Positions 34,689 through 45,475 are shown, counted from the first letter of the stretch. The stretch is 64,000 nucleotides of DNA from Callorhinchus milii (GCF_018977255.1 NW_024704754.1:18600001-18664000), one strand, 5' to 3'. Numbers and translations are program-made. Notes: generated by a model not told the origin, from the sequence alone.

Positions 34689-37094
34689 TCAATGTTTAAA
34701 TTCGTGTCTGGCGGTTGTGTTGTTAACACTGACTTCACTGTAGGGCAAAGTGGCAGTGTAGGGCTTGAGGTACAGGAATTCGCTCTTGGATGATTCTGGA
34801 GATAAGCAAATGCTGTAATGGTAAGGTTCAGCTCCAACCCCAGAATAATTTACAGCTTGATGTGGTGCAGGTCTTCGATTAAAATTATCCTCTGAAATCC
34901 CCTGACCCAGACAACAACAAAGTGCGGAGCTGTATCCTTCGGTGATATTTCTATCTTGTTTACACTTGATGGCAACCAGCAGAATTATCGTGACAAGAAA
35001 TATAAAGGAAGTTGAACCTAAACCGGCAATTAAATAAATATTTAGATCCGAAAAATATTCCAGATTGTTTAATCGATCATTTGGTTCAGGAGCAATATCA
35101 GTGACATTGGATAGGAGAGAGAAGAGGAGAGTGGCCGTGCTGGACAGGCTGGGCTGTCCATTGTCCTTCACCAAAATGACCAGACTCTGTGTGGTGGCGT
35201 CTTCCTCCAACAATCTTCGCAGTGTTCTGATCTCTCCAGTGAGCAGCCCCACACTGAACAGACTGGGATCAGTGGCGTCCATCAGCTGATAGGAAAGCCG
35301 TGCGTTCTGACCAGAATCTGCATCAGTGCCCAACACCTTAGTGACTGAATAACCTGGGTATGTTGCCCGTAGTGGTATCCCCACTGCTGTGGAGTTGTTC
35401 CATGTTACAGGTGAAACAATAAATGGCGCATTGTCGTTTTGATCCAGGATTATAACATTCACGAGGGCAACACTGCTCAATGGGGGAAACCCACCATCCT
35501 GAGCTTGAACTTTGATCTGGAAATGCTTCAGTTGTTCGTAGTCAAAGGAGCGCAGTGCGTAAATGTTACCGCTCTTGGAGCTGATACTGATGTAAGCGGT
35601 GGCAGACACGTCTTGGATCTGGTTCTCCACAACAGAATAGGAGATCTCCCCATTCTGCTCCGAATCCGGGTCTAAAGCTGCCACCGCAAATATGGAGGCA
35701 CCGGGAGTGTTATTCTCCATCAGGTAAACGTTATAGGAAGATTGCGTGAACTCTGGAGCGTTGTCATTCACATCAGAAACCGAAACCAACATAGTTCTGT
35801 TTGCTGAAAGCGGTGGGGTTCCTCCGTCCCAGGCGAGAATGGAGATGTTATACGAGGATTCTTTCTCTCGATCCATTGCCTCACCCACAACCATCTTGTA
35901 CTGGTTGTTGGTAGACTTTTGAAGTCTGAATGGGATGTTCATAGGAACGGTGCAGTGAACATGACCGTTTTCTCCAGAATCTCGATCTGTTACACTGATC
36001 ACAGCCACCACAGTCCCGGGTTTAACAACCTCTGGAACCACACGTAATATCGAACGTAATTTTATCTCTGGAGCGTTGTCATTCACATCAATTAATTTGA
36101 CAATAACTTTGGCATGCCCCGCCAAAGGAGGTGTTCCCTTGTCTGTCGATTGCACATAAAGTTCATAAACATTTGCCTCCTCAAAATCGAGATCCCCTTG
36201 AACTTTTATCTCACCAGTCTCCGAATCTAACTGGAAAAGCTCGCGCCCCCTTTCGGAAGAATGACTCGAAAAGCTATATTTTACTTCAGCATTTATACCT
36301 TCATCCAAATCGATAGCGTTGATTTGTGTTACTGAGGTCCATTTCTGTGCATTTTCTGGTATACTTATTCTGTATATTTCATGATCAAATGTAGGCGTAT
36401 TATCATTCGCATCCAGCACAGTGATAGTAATCACAGCTGTACCAGATCTCTGTGGAATTCCATCATCAATGGCTGTCAGGACCAGCTGGACCTCTGGCTC
36501 CTGTTCGCGATCCAAAACCGTCTCTAACAATAGCTCCACAATTTTACTACCATCGCTTCTCGTCTGCACCTTCAAGTCGAAATGCCCGTTTGAACTGATC
36601 TGATAGGTACTGATTGTGTTCGCGCCCACGTCAGAATCATGCGCGCTCTCGAGAGGGAAGCTCGCTCCTGGCGCAGTTAATTCACCAATGTGCAAAGCAA
36701 ATTTGTCTTTCGGAAAATTCGGGGAATTATCATTAATATCCACGATTTCTACCTCAATAGGATGCACCTCCAAAGGATTGACAACCGCAGCTTCAAAGGA
36801 AAGGGAACAGGTCGGGCTCTGTCCACACAGCTCTTCTCTGTCGATTCTTTCATTCACAAATAAAATCCCATTTTCAAAATTTACCTTCAGATACTGACGG
36901 CTGTCATCAGAGACCAGTCGGAATTTGCGAGTCGATAATTTCTCAACGTTTAATCCTAAATCTCTCACGATATTCCCAACAAAGGCGCCTTGCTCCAGTT
37001 CCTCGGGAATCGAGTAGTGAATTTGCCCCGATACCAGGTCCGACACAAACAACAGCAAAATGAAAGCCGGCCCGCAGCTGAGCGCATTCGCCAT
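34689..37094 (-). CDS. Clustered protocadherin V11, intact (801 aa from MANALSCG)
   Basis: Full ORF 34689..37172; paralog of V6-V12. Confidence 0.96.
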   Translation of the reverse strand: MANALSCGPAFILLLFVSDLVSGQIHYSIPEELEQGAFVGNIVRDLGLNVEKLSTRKFRLVSDDSRQYLKVNFENGILFVNERIDREELCGQSPTCSLSFEAAVVNPLEVHPIEVEIVDINDNSPNFPKDKFALHIGELTAPGASFPLESAHDSDVGANTISTYQISSNGHFDLKVQTRSDGSKIVELLLETVLDREQEPEVQLVLTAIDDGIPQRSGTAVITITVLDANDNTPTFDHEIYRISIPENAQKWTSVTQINAIDLDEGINAEVKYSFSSHSSERGRELFQLDSETGEIKVQGDLDFEEANVYELYVQSTDKGTPPLAGHAKVIVKLIDVNDNAPEIKLRSILRVVPEVVKPGTVVAVISVTDRDSGENGHVHCTVPMNIPFRLQKSTNNQYKMVVGEAMDREKESSYNISILAWDGGTPPLSANRTMLVSVSDVNDNAPEFTQSSYNVYLMENNTPGASIFAVAALDPDSEQNGEISYSVVENQIQDVSATAYISISSKSGNIYALRSFDYEQLKHFQIKVQAQDGGFPPLSSVALVNVIILDQNDNAPFIVSPVTWNNSTAVGIPLRATYPGYSVTKVLGTDADSGQNARLSYQLMDATDPSLFSVGLLTGEIRTLRRLLEEDATTQSLVILVKDNGQPSLSSTATLLFSLLSNVTDIAPEPNDRLNNLEYFSDLNIYLIAGLGSTSFIFLVTIILLVAIKCKQDRNITEGYSSALCCCLGQGISEDNFNRRPAPHQAVNYSGVGAEPYHYSICLSPESSKSEFLYLKPYTATLPYSEVSVNNTTARHEFKH

Positions 37095-37337
37095 TCTTCT
37101 GCCTTGCGATTTTCTTTGTTCCCAACAGCGTTCAGCTTCTTCCTCAACTAGAAAATGTATGTTTTCACGCATTAAAACACCGACATTAATGTGAAACCCT
37201 CAGCTCCCCTAGATCTGGCTCCCTGAAGATGGCTCCGCGGCGCAAACGCAGGGACTGTTGTGGTGTTTCCGCTGTGATTCACTTCAGCCTTTTGTGGTGG
37301 GGGAGGGGGTAGATCGCCGCCAACGTCTCGGCTCCTC

Positions 37338-37379
37338 ATTGGTACACAGCGACACGAAGAGTCCCAACCAATAACTACA
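37338..37379 (-). promoter_or_regulatory. V11 promoter CSE / double CCAAT
   Basis: ATTGG 37338, CCAAT 37368. Confidence 0.85.
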
Positions 37380-37947
37380 TTACACTTTTCTTAAAGCCAG
37401 ACGGAAATTTATTATATTTTGCAAGCATTATTTTTTCTCATGTTCTATCAAAATATATGCTGCGGTACACATGGACGTAATTATTTTACAATGTGAATCA
37501 TGATTCGAATGACATCAATTTAACGATAGAAGACATTGATGAGCATTGTAATGGACAGAGTATGTCAATTTCTCACCAGTTACATATATTCACTGATATT
37601 CCTGAAACACACTGCTGTCCACTGCTTGGTACATTTTATCCCATGCCAGCAATTCAACTTGGAAATAATGGCATGCGAGTAAATTGTTGCCTTCACAATA
37701 TTCCCCAACATCTCTCAGACATTAATAGAGTCTACACCAAATTGAAAACACTTAGAATATCAAGCAATATATGTTAAGAATGATATTTGTCGCAGATGTA
37801 TGAACATAGGAACAATAGAGATTTTACTACCATAAAAGCAGGTATGAGTATCAACTTGGTCATTACGCACGCCTAAAATTTATATCCAGTTACCATGGAT
37901 ATGTTTTTGTTTCACAGCAATAAATAGCTATCACTTGAATTACCCAA

Positions 37948-40353
37948 TTACTGTTTAAATTCGTGTCTGGCGATTGTATGGTTAACACTGACATCACTGT
38001 AGGGCAATGTGGCAGTGTAGGGCTTGAGGTACAGAAATTCGCTCTTGGAAGATTCTGGAGATAAGCAAATGCTATAATGATAAGGTTCAGCTCCAACTCC
38101 AGTATAACTTACACCTTGATGCGGTGCAGCCCTTGGATTAAAACTATCCTCAGAAACGCTCGGACCCAAACAACAACAAACTCTGGAGTTGTATCCTTTA
38201 GTGATATTTCTGTCTTGTTTGCACTTGATGGCAACCAGTAGAATTATAGTGACAAGAAATATAAAGGAAGTTGATCCTAAACCCACGATTGCATAAAGAT
38301 TTAGATGCGAAAAAATCCCCCGAGGGCTGATTCGGTCACTTGGTTCAGGCACAATATCAGTGACATTGGATAGCAGTGAGAAGAGGAGAGTGGCCGTGCT
38401 GGACAGGCTGGGCTGTCCATTGTCCTTCACCAAAATGACCAGACTCTGTGTGGTGGCGTCTTCCTCCAACAATCTTCGCAGTGTTCTGATCTCTCCAGTG
38501 AGCAGCCCCACACTGAACAGACTGGGATCAGTGGCGTCCATCAGCTGATAGGAAAGCCGTGCGTTCTGACCAGAATCTGCATCAGTGCCCAACACCTTAG
38601 TGACTAAATAACCTGGGTATGTTGACCGTAGTGGTATCTCCACTGCTGTGGAGTTTTTCCTTGTTACAGGTGAAAAAATGAATGGCGCATTGTCATTTTG
38701 ATCCAGGATTATAACATTCACGAAGGCAACACTGCTCAATGGGGGAAACCCACCATCCTGAGCTTGAACTTTGATCTGGAAATGCTTCAGTTGTTCGTAG
38801 TCAAAGGAGCGCAGCGCGTAAATGTTACCGCTCTTAGAGCTGACACTGATGTAAGCGGTGGCAGACACGTCTTGGATCTGGTTCTCCACAACAGAATAGG
38901 AGATTTCCCCATTCTGGTCCACATCCGGATCTAAAGCGGTCACTGCAAATATGGAGGCCCCGGGAGTGTTGTTCTCCATCAGGTAAACGTTATAGGAAGA
39001 TTGCGTGAACTCTGGAGTGTTGTCATTCACATCAGAAACCGTCACCAATATAGTTCTGTTTGCAAAAAGCGGCGGAGTTCCTCCGTCCCAGGCGAGAATG
39101 GAGATGTTATACGAAGATTGCTTCTCTCGATCCAATGTCTCACCCACAACCAATTTGTACTGGTTGTTGGCAGACGTTTGAAGTCCAAATGGGATGTTCA
39201 TGGGAACCTTGCAGTGAACTTGTCCGTTTTCAACAGAATCTCGATCCGATACACTTATCACAGTCACCACAGTCCCGGTTGCAGCATCTTCTGGAACCAC
39301 ACGTGATATCGAGCTCAGTTTTATCTCAGGAGCGTTATCATTCACGTCGGTTATTTTGACAATAACTCTCGCATGCCCCACCATTGGAGGCGTTCCCTTG
39401 TCTGTCGCTTGTACATAAAGTTCATAAACATTGGTCTCCTCAAAATCGAGAACACCTTGAAGCTTTATCTCACCACTTTCGGAATCTAATTTGAAAATCT
39501 CGCGCCCCCTTATGGAAGAATAACTGGAAAAGGTGTAGTTTAAATCAGCATTTATACCTGCGTCCAAATCGACAGCGTTGATTTGTATCACTGAGGTTCC
39601 CTTTGATGCATTTTCTGGAATGTTTGCTCTGTATATCTCACGATCAAAAACAGGAGAATTGTCATTAGTGTCTTGAACATTGATAATAATCTCAGCTGTG
39701 CCAGACCTGTGCGGATTTCCGCCATCAATGGCCGTCAGGACAAGCTGAAACGCTGACTCCTGTTCACGATCCAAAGCCTTCTTCAGCAATAACTGGACAA
39801 TTTTACCGCCATCGCTTCTCGTTTGCACTTTTAGGCCGAAATAATCGTTCGAACTGATTTGGTAAATGTTGATTGTATTCACGCCCACGTCAGAATCATA
39901 GGCGCTCTCGAGAGGAAAGCTCGCTCCCGGCACATTTGATTCATATATTTGTAAGGAAAATGCATCTCTTGGAAATCTTGGTGAATTATCATTAATATCC
40001 ACAATCTCTACTTCAATAGGATGCACTTCTAAAGGATTGTCGACCGCTGCTTCAAAGGAAAGGGAACAGGTCGGGTTCTGTCCACACAGCTCTTCTCTGT
40101 CGATTCTTTCATTCACAAATAAAATCCCGTTTTCAAAATTTACCTTCAGATACTGACGGCTGTCATCAGAGACGAGCTGGAACTTGCGAGCCGGCAATCT
40201 CTCAACGTTTAATCCTAAATCTCTAACGATATTCCCAACAAAGGCGCCTTGCTCCAGTTCCTCGGGAATCGAGTAGTGAATTAGCCCCGATACCAGGTCC
40301 GACACAAACAACAGCAAAATGAAAGCCGGCCCGCAGCTGAGCGCATTCGCCAT
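37948..40353 (-). CDS. Clustered protocadherin V12, intact 801 aa
   Basis: Full ORF; paralog of V6-V11. Confidence 0.96.
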   Translation of the reverse strand: MANALSCGPAFILLLFVSDLVSGLIHYSIPEELEQGAFVGNIVRDLGLNVERLPARKFQLVSDDSRQYLKVNFENGILFVNERIDREELCGQNPTCSLSFEAAVDNPLEVHPIEVEIVDINDNSPRFPRDAFSLQIYESNVPGASFPLESAYDSDVGVNTINIYQISSNDYFGLKVQTRSDGGKIVQLLLKKALDREQESAFQLVLTAIDGGNPHRSGTAEIIINVQDTNDNSPVFDREIYRANIPENASKGTSVIQINAVDLDAGINADLNYTFSSYSSIRGREIFKLDSESGEIKLQGVLDFEETNVYELYVQATDKGTPPMVGHARVIVKITDVNDNAPEIKLSSISRVVPEDAATGTVVTVISVSDRDSVENGQVHCKVPMNIPFGLQTSANNQYKLVVGETLDREKQSSYNISILAWDGGTPPLFANRTILVTVSDVNDNTPEFTQSSYNVYLMENNTPGASIFAVTALDPDVDQNGEISYSVVENQIQDVSATAYISVSSKSGNIYALRSFDYEQLKHFQIKVQAQDGGFPPLSSVAFVNVIILDQNDNAPFIFSPVTRKNSTAVEIPLRSTYPGYLVTKVLGTDADSGQNARLSYQLMDATDPSLFSVGLLTGEIRTLRRLLEEDATTQSLVILVKDNGQPSLSSTATLLFSLLSNVTDIVPEPSDRISPRGIFSHLNLYAIVGLGSTSFIFLVTIILLVAIKCKQDRNITKGYNSRVCCCLGPSVSEDSFNPRAAPHQGVSYTGVGAEPYHYSICLSPESSKSEFLYLKPYTATLPYSDVSVNHTIARHEFKQ

Positions 40354-40595
40354 TCTTCTGCGATGCGATTTTCTTTGTTCCCAACAGCGATGAGCTTCTT
40401 CCTCAACTCGAAATTTATATTTCCACCCATCAAAAGTACCGACATTAATGTGAAACCTTGAACTCCGCTAGATCTGGCTCCCTGAAGATGGCTCCGCGGC
40501 GCAAACGCAGGGACTGTTGTGTTGTTCCTCTGTTATTCGCTTTAGCCTTTTGTGGTGGGGGAGGGGGTAGATCGCCGCCAACGTCTCGGCTCCTC

Positions 40596-40637
40596 ATTGG
40601 TACACAGCGACACGAAGAGTCCCAACCAATAACTACA
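40596..40637 (-). promoter_or_regulatory. V12 promoter CSE / double CCAAT
   Basis: ATTGG 40596, CCAAT 40626. Confidence 0.85.
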
Positions 40638-41151
40638 TTACACTTTTCTTAAAGCCAGACGGAAATTTATAATATCATCAAAACGTTATTTTTCTCACAT
40701 ATTATCCAAATTCAGTCAGTGGTACACATTACCATAATTATTTTACAATTTGAACATGAATTTAGTAACATAAATTTGGCCATCAAATAAATTTCTCAGC
40801 AACGACAGTGACACATTATGTCAAGTTACTATGAGTCATTGCTACTCCTCCTGCGCTCACTGCTTAGTACATCTTATCCCATCTTAGATATTCAACCTCG
40901 AAATAATGGCATGTTTAAATAATAAAACTGTTGCTTTTCCAATATTAACATCTCTCAGACGCTACAACATGATCGACAAAGAATGGAAAACATTGAAATG
41001 CTAAGCAATAACTGCTTCGAATCATATTTACCGAACTCGTACTATCATAAAAAGCAAGTTGCTTTTTACGCACCTCCAAAACATATGCAAAGCCACCATG
41101 AACACGATCTTTGCTTAACGGGAGTAAATAAACGTCACTTCCATGACACAA

Positions 41152-43542
41152 TTACTGTTTAAATTCGTGTCTGGCAGTTGTGTTGTTGACACTGACATCA
41201 CTGTAGGGCAATGTGGCAGTGTAGGGCTTCAGGTATAGAAATTCGCTCTTGGATGACTCTGGGGATAAGCAAATGCTATAATGGTAAGGTTCAGCTCCAA
41301 CTCCAGTATAATTTACAGCTTGGTGTGGTGCGGACCTTCGACTAAAATTATCTTCAGAAATTGTCTGGCCCAAACAGCAACAAACTGTGGAGATATTTCG
41401 GTCTTGTTTGCATTTGATGGCGACCAGCAGAATTATAGTGACAAGAAATATAAAGGAAGTTGATCCTAAACCCACGATTGCATAAAGATTTAGATTCGAA
41501 AAATAATGCCGTTTGTTGGATAGGTCACTTGGTTCAGGCAAAATATCAGTGACATTGGATAGGAGAGAGAAGAGGAGAGTGGCCGTGCTGGACAGGCTGG
41601 GCTGCCCATTGTCCTTCACCAAAATGACCAGACTCTGTGTGGTGGCGTCTTCCTCCAACAATCTTCGCAGTGTTCTGATCTCTCCAGTGAGCAGCCCCAC
41701 ACTGAACAGACTGGGATCAGTGGCATCCATCAGCTGATAGGAAAGCCGTGCGTTCTGACCAGAATCTGCATCAGTGCCCAACACCTTAGTGACTGAATAA
41801 CCTGGGTATGTTGACCGTAGTGGTATCTCCACTGCTGTGGAGTTATTCCATGTTATAGCTGAAACAATAAATGGCGCATTGTCGTTTTGATCCAGGATTA
41901 TAACATTCACGAGGGCAACACTGGTCAATGGGGGAAACCCACCATCCTGAGCTTGAACTTTGATCTGGAAATGCTTCAGTTGTTCATAGTCAAAGGAGCG
42001 CAGTGCGTAAATGTTACCACTCTTAGAGCTGATACTGATGTAAGCGGTGGCAGACACGTCTTGGATCTGGTTCTCCACAACAGAATAGGAGATTTCCCCA
42101 TTCTGGTCCCCATCCGGATCTAAAGCGGTCACTGCAAATATGGAGGCCCCGGGAGTGTTGTTCTCCATCAGGTAAACGTTATAGGAAGATTGCGTGAACT
42201 CTGGAGCGTTGTCATTCACATCAGAAACCGTCACCACGATGGTTTGGTTTGTTGAAAGAGGAGGAGTCCCACCGTCCCAGGCTGAAATGGACACGTTGTA
42301 CGAAGATTGCTTTTCACGATCCAGTATGTCACCCACCATCAACGTATATTGATTGTTTGGAGACGTTTGAAGTTTAAATGGAATGGAAGTAGGGATCTGG
42401 CATCGGACCTGTCCGTTTTCACCGGAATCTACATCAGTAACAGTTATACCAGCCACTATAGTACCAGGTGTGGCGTCTTCAGTGATCACGTTGGTGACTG
42501 AAGTTAATTTTATCTCAGGAGCATTATCATTCAAATCGATTAGGTTGACAACAACTTTGGCATGACCCGCCATCGGAGGTGCGCCGTTGTCTGTCGCTTG
42601 TACATAAAGTTCATAAATATTTGCCTCTTCAAAATCGAGACCTGCTTGAACTTTTATCTCACCAGTTTCCGAATCCAACTGGAAAAGCTCGCGCCCCCTT
42701 TCGGCTGAATGTTTGGAGAATGTATATTTTATCTCAGCGTTTGTACCCTGGTCTAAATCGGCAGCGTTGATTTGTGTCACTAATGTCCCCTTTGGTGCGT
42801 TTTCTGGTACACTTGCCCTATATATTTCATGGTTGAATAAAGGTGCATTATCATTGGCATCTAATACAGCAATACTAATCTCCGTTGTGCCAGATCTGTG
42901 CGGGACTCCACCGTCAATGGCCGTCAGGACGAGCAGTAGAAATGGCTGTTGCTCGCGATCCAAAGCCTTTTCCAACAATAGCTCGACAATTTTACTGCCA
43001 TCGTTTCTCGCCTGGATGTTCAACCCGAAGTGATCGTTTGAAGTGATTTGGTAAGAGCTGACAGTGTTGACGCCGATGTCGGGATCGTGCGCGCTCTCGA
43101 GAGGGAAGCGCGCTCCTGGAGCGATCGATTCACCGATTTGCAGATAAGAATCGCTTTTCGGAAAACTGGGGGAATTATCGTTAATGTCCGCTATCTCCAC
43201 TTCGACGCGATGTATTTCCATGGGATTCTCAACCGCGACTTCAAAAGGTAGCGAGCAGGTGGAGCTCTGTCCACACAGCTGTTCTCTATCGATTCTCTCA
43301 TTCACAAACAGAACCCCGTTGTCAAAATTTACCTTCAGATACTGCTTTCTGTCCCCGGAGACCAGGCGGAATTTGCGAGCCGCCAACATCCGCACGTTTA
43401 GCCCTAAATCTTCCACAAGGTTCCCAACAAAGGCGCCGTGCTCCATCTCCTCGGGAATAGAGTAGCGTATTTGGCCGAGTGCAAGGTCCCAGAGCAGGAG
43501 CTGGAGAAAGAACGACTGACTGCAGCCGAGCGCGCTCGCCAT
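41152..43542 (-). CDS. Clustered protocadherin V13, intact 796 aa (mosaic)
   Basis: Full ORF; distinct N-terminus and promoter, but EC5 to tail match V6-V12; 5-aa in-frame deletion in the tail. Confidence 0.96.
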   Translation of the reverse strand: MASALGCSQSFFLQLLLWDLALGQIRYSIPEEMEHGAFVGNLVEDLGLNVRMLAARKFRLVSGDRKQYLKVNFDNGVLFVNERIDREQLCGQSSTCSLPFEVAVENPMEIHRVEVEIADINDNSPSFPKSDSYLQIGESIAPGARFPLESAHDPDIGVNTVSSYQITSNDHFGLNIQARNDGSKIVELLLEKALDREQQPFLLLVLTAIDGGVPHRSGTTEISIAVLDANDNAPLFNHEIYRASVPENAPKGTLVTQINAADLDQGTNAEIKYTFSKHSAERGRELFQLDSETGEIKVQAGLDFEEANIYELYVQATDNGAPPMAGHAKVVVNLIDLNDNAPEIKLTSVTNVITEDATPGTIVAGITVTDVDSGENGQVRCQIPTSIPFKLQTSPNNQYTLMVGDILDREKQSSYNVSISAWDGGTPPLSTNQTIVVTVSDVNDNAPEFTQSSYNVYLMENNTPGASIFAVTALDPDGDQNGEISYSVVENQIQDVSATAYISISSKSGNIYALRSFDYEQLKHFQIKVQAQDGGFPPLTSVALVNVIILDQNDNAPFIVSAITWNNSTAVEIPLRSTYPGYSVTKVLGTDADSGQNARLSYQLMDATDPSLFSVGLLTGEIRTLRRLLEEDATTQSLVILVKDNGQPSLSSTATLLFSLLSNVTDILPEPSDLSNKRHYFSNLNLYAIVGLGSTSFIFLVTIILLVAIKCKQDRNISTVCCCLGQTISEDNFSRRSAPHQAVNYTGVGAEPYHYSICLSPESSKSEFLYLKPYTATLPYSDVSVNNTTARHEFKQ

Positions 43543-43819
43543 TGTTGTGGTTTTAAATTTCCTGGTGCTCCGTTATATTAAACAAAATCTTCTGTGTTAC
43601 TTACGTCCAGTTCTTTGTCAGACAAGTACACGGGTAAGCATAATGTGTGGATGTATCGATATTAAAACCTGGCATTGAAATAATCGAGTTCTGCCTCTCT
43701 GAACATGGCTACGCTTCCCAAACGCAGGCACGCACTCTGTGTCTTTCTCTGCGCGTCTGATCTGCTTTTTGTGATGGGGGTGGGGGAAAGGGTAGATCTC
43801 TTAAACGTAGGAGCTCCTT

Positions 43820-43861
43820 ATTGGCAGACAGCGACACGAAGAGCCTCAACCAATAACTGCA
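43820..43861 (-). promoter_or_regulatory. V13 promoter CSE / double CCAAT
   Basis: ATTGG 43820, CCAAT 43850, ctgca module. Confidence 0.85.
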
Positions 43862-45004
43862 TTCAGCTTTATTTAAAGCTGAACTGCAGGAAAGTCCTAA
43901 TACCTACCAATGAAGCAATACATATTCTTGGTTTGTGGCTCCAATGAAAGTATCTCCAACAAGGTGCTTGCTCTGTGTGAGGAAAGCAGAAACTGCACGC
44001 TTATGTTAATAGTGGGCTTATTCTTTATTAACTTCTGTTGGAATCTATCTAACTGGTTCTTAATATTCGAATTAAGTTGATATCTTATGATTTGGATGAC
44101 TTTATTGTCCACCGTAGTAAGTGGGAGCGCAAAAGTATCTAAATTTGGCGATCATGATGCTTCTCACTCGACTCTTGTTAACCTTGCAAAGCTAAAGGCC
44201 TAATGGGTAGGATGGTCTTATCTGGAAGAACAGAAACAAACTGACTAGACAGTATTCCCAATGGCAGGCTACTTTTTTTTTAACTGGTTAAACTCCAGAC
44301 GTACGTCCAACGCACACTCTGGTGTCTCCAAATTACGCCTAATACTTCTTAAGACAGTTAGAGACAACAATACGGCGAATATGAACAGAAAATGGATTTA
44401 TCAAAATGGCATTATTTGGTAAATATTTAATTGGAAATATTGATATTCCCTTGTGTATATCATAGAAAGTTCAGGACATCAATAAACAATCCACTTCATG
44501 CTATAAGAAATCAGAAAACGTTTTGTAAAGATATTAAGTTAAATCCTAGTGAAGTTATGCGAGGGTTGAGAAAACATTTAAAGACACATAAAGTCCACAT
44601 AATTCCTCTGAAATAGATAAGAGAAGATTTTCTTGATCAAGATGGTTTATTTTCCTGCAATAAAGGGAAATAAAGTAATTAGTAAAATGTTGGGAAAGAG
44701 GAGAACAAATGTTTAGTGGAAATTAACAAATTGTCTATTGCAAAACTGCTGTGATATTCACCAACCAACAAGGCACGTCTTTGGTGGCAGAAATCTCTCT
44801 ACAAATGTGACTAAATAAAATCTGAGATACAATTACTCAATGTTAGATTTACAATTCTTAATAAATAGTATCAGATTGCGGATATGAACCGATGACTTGA
44901 TGACCAGCCAATTGAGAGTGACCACAAGCTGGCAGGAACATACCAAATATGGAGGAAAACAAAACTCAGTGTTATTCCTTAATGCGTTAGAGTGTATTGT
45001 CCAG

Positions 45005-45067
45005 CACCCTGGAGCGTCTTTCCGACGTAAAGAGCGCCATACAAGTGTAATTTGCTGTTGTTGTTGT
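45005..45067 (+). mobile_element. Old LINE2/SINE-type 3' tail remnant
   Basis: gcaccctggagcgtctttccgacgtaaagagcgccatacaagtgtaatt followed by (gtt)n. Confidence 0.4.
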
Positions 45068-45475
45068 AATCTTCAATCTGCTAAAATGCTGTGATGAAAG
45101 CTAGCACAAAATCTGTTACATGGGCAGTTCTACCGATGAATATTACACAATATTATTCTCTAACGTTTCACAAGTTAAAAGTTACTTAAAATCCATCCAC
45201 CTCGTTCATTTAAATCATTTAAACTGGAGTGCAACTAATTGGTCTTTAGACCTGACCTTGGAGTGTTTGTCGATTGTGTTGCCAGCTTAAAATAGAAACG
45301 TCATTGCTGCATGATATTCACATTATTAAGTATAAAATTCACTTTAGAATAATAGTTGTGTATGTATTTACACGTCTATCTGATCTGCTCCACGACTCTA
45401 TCTGTGTCTGTCACATTAGCTCTGTGCTTCTCAGCACCAATGGACAAATTAAGTGCATCACCTTCTCAAAGGAAA

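Larger units (their letters stand above)
17852..42235 (-). repeat. Tandem segmental duplication, unit ~3.25 kb (V6-V12 plus the 3' half of V13)
   Basis: ATG-to-ATG spacings 3365, 3252, 3719, 3251, 3252, 3259; both long spacings are explained by retroposon insertions; intergenic spacers are alignable. Confidence 0.93.

Noticed and set aside
20995-37850. Plus-strand CAG|GTATGA donor-like motif in five spacers (possible antisense lncRNA splice site)
   Set aside because: Mutated in one spacer and deleted in another; retention is expected from recent duplication, and there is no transcript evidence.
40458-40652. Plus-strand micro-ORF MAPRRKRRDCC... across the promoter
   Set aside because: In paralogs such as V6 and V8 the frame stops early at GGGTAG; the ATG is part of the YY1-like motif.
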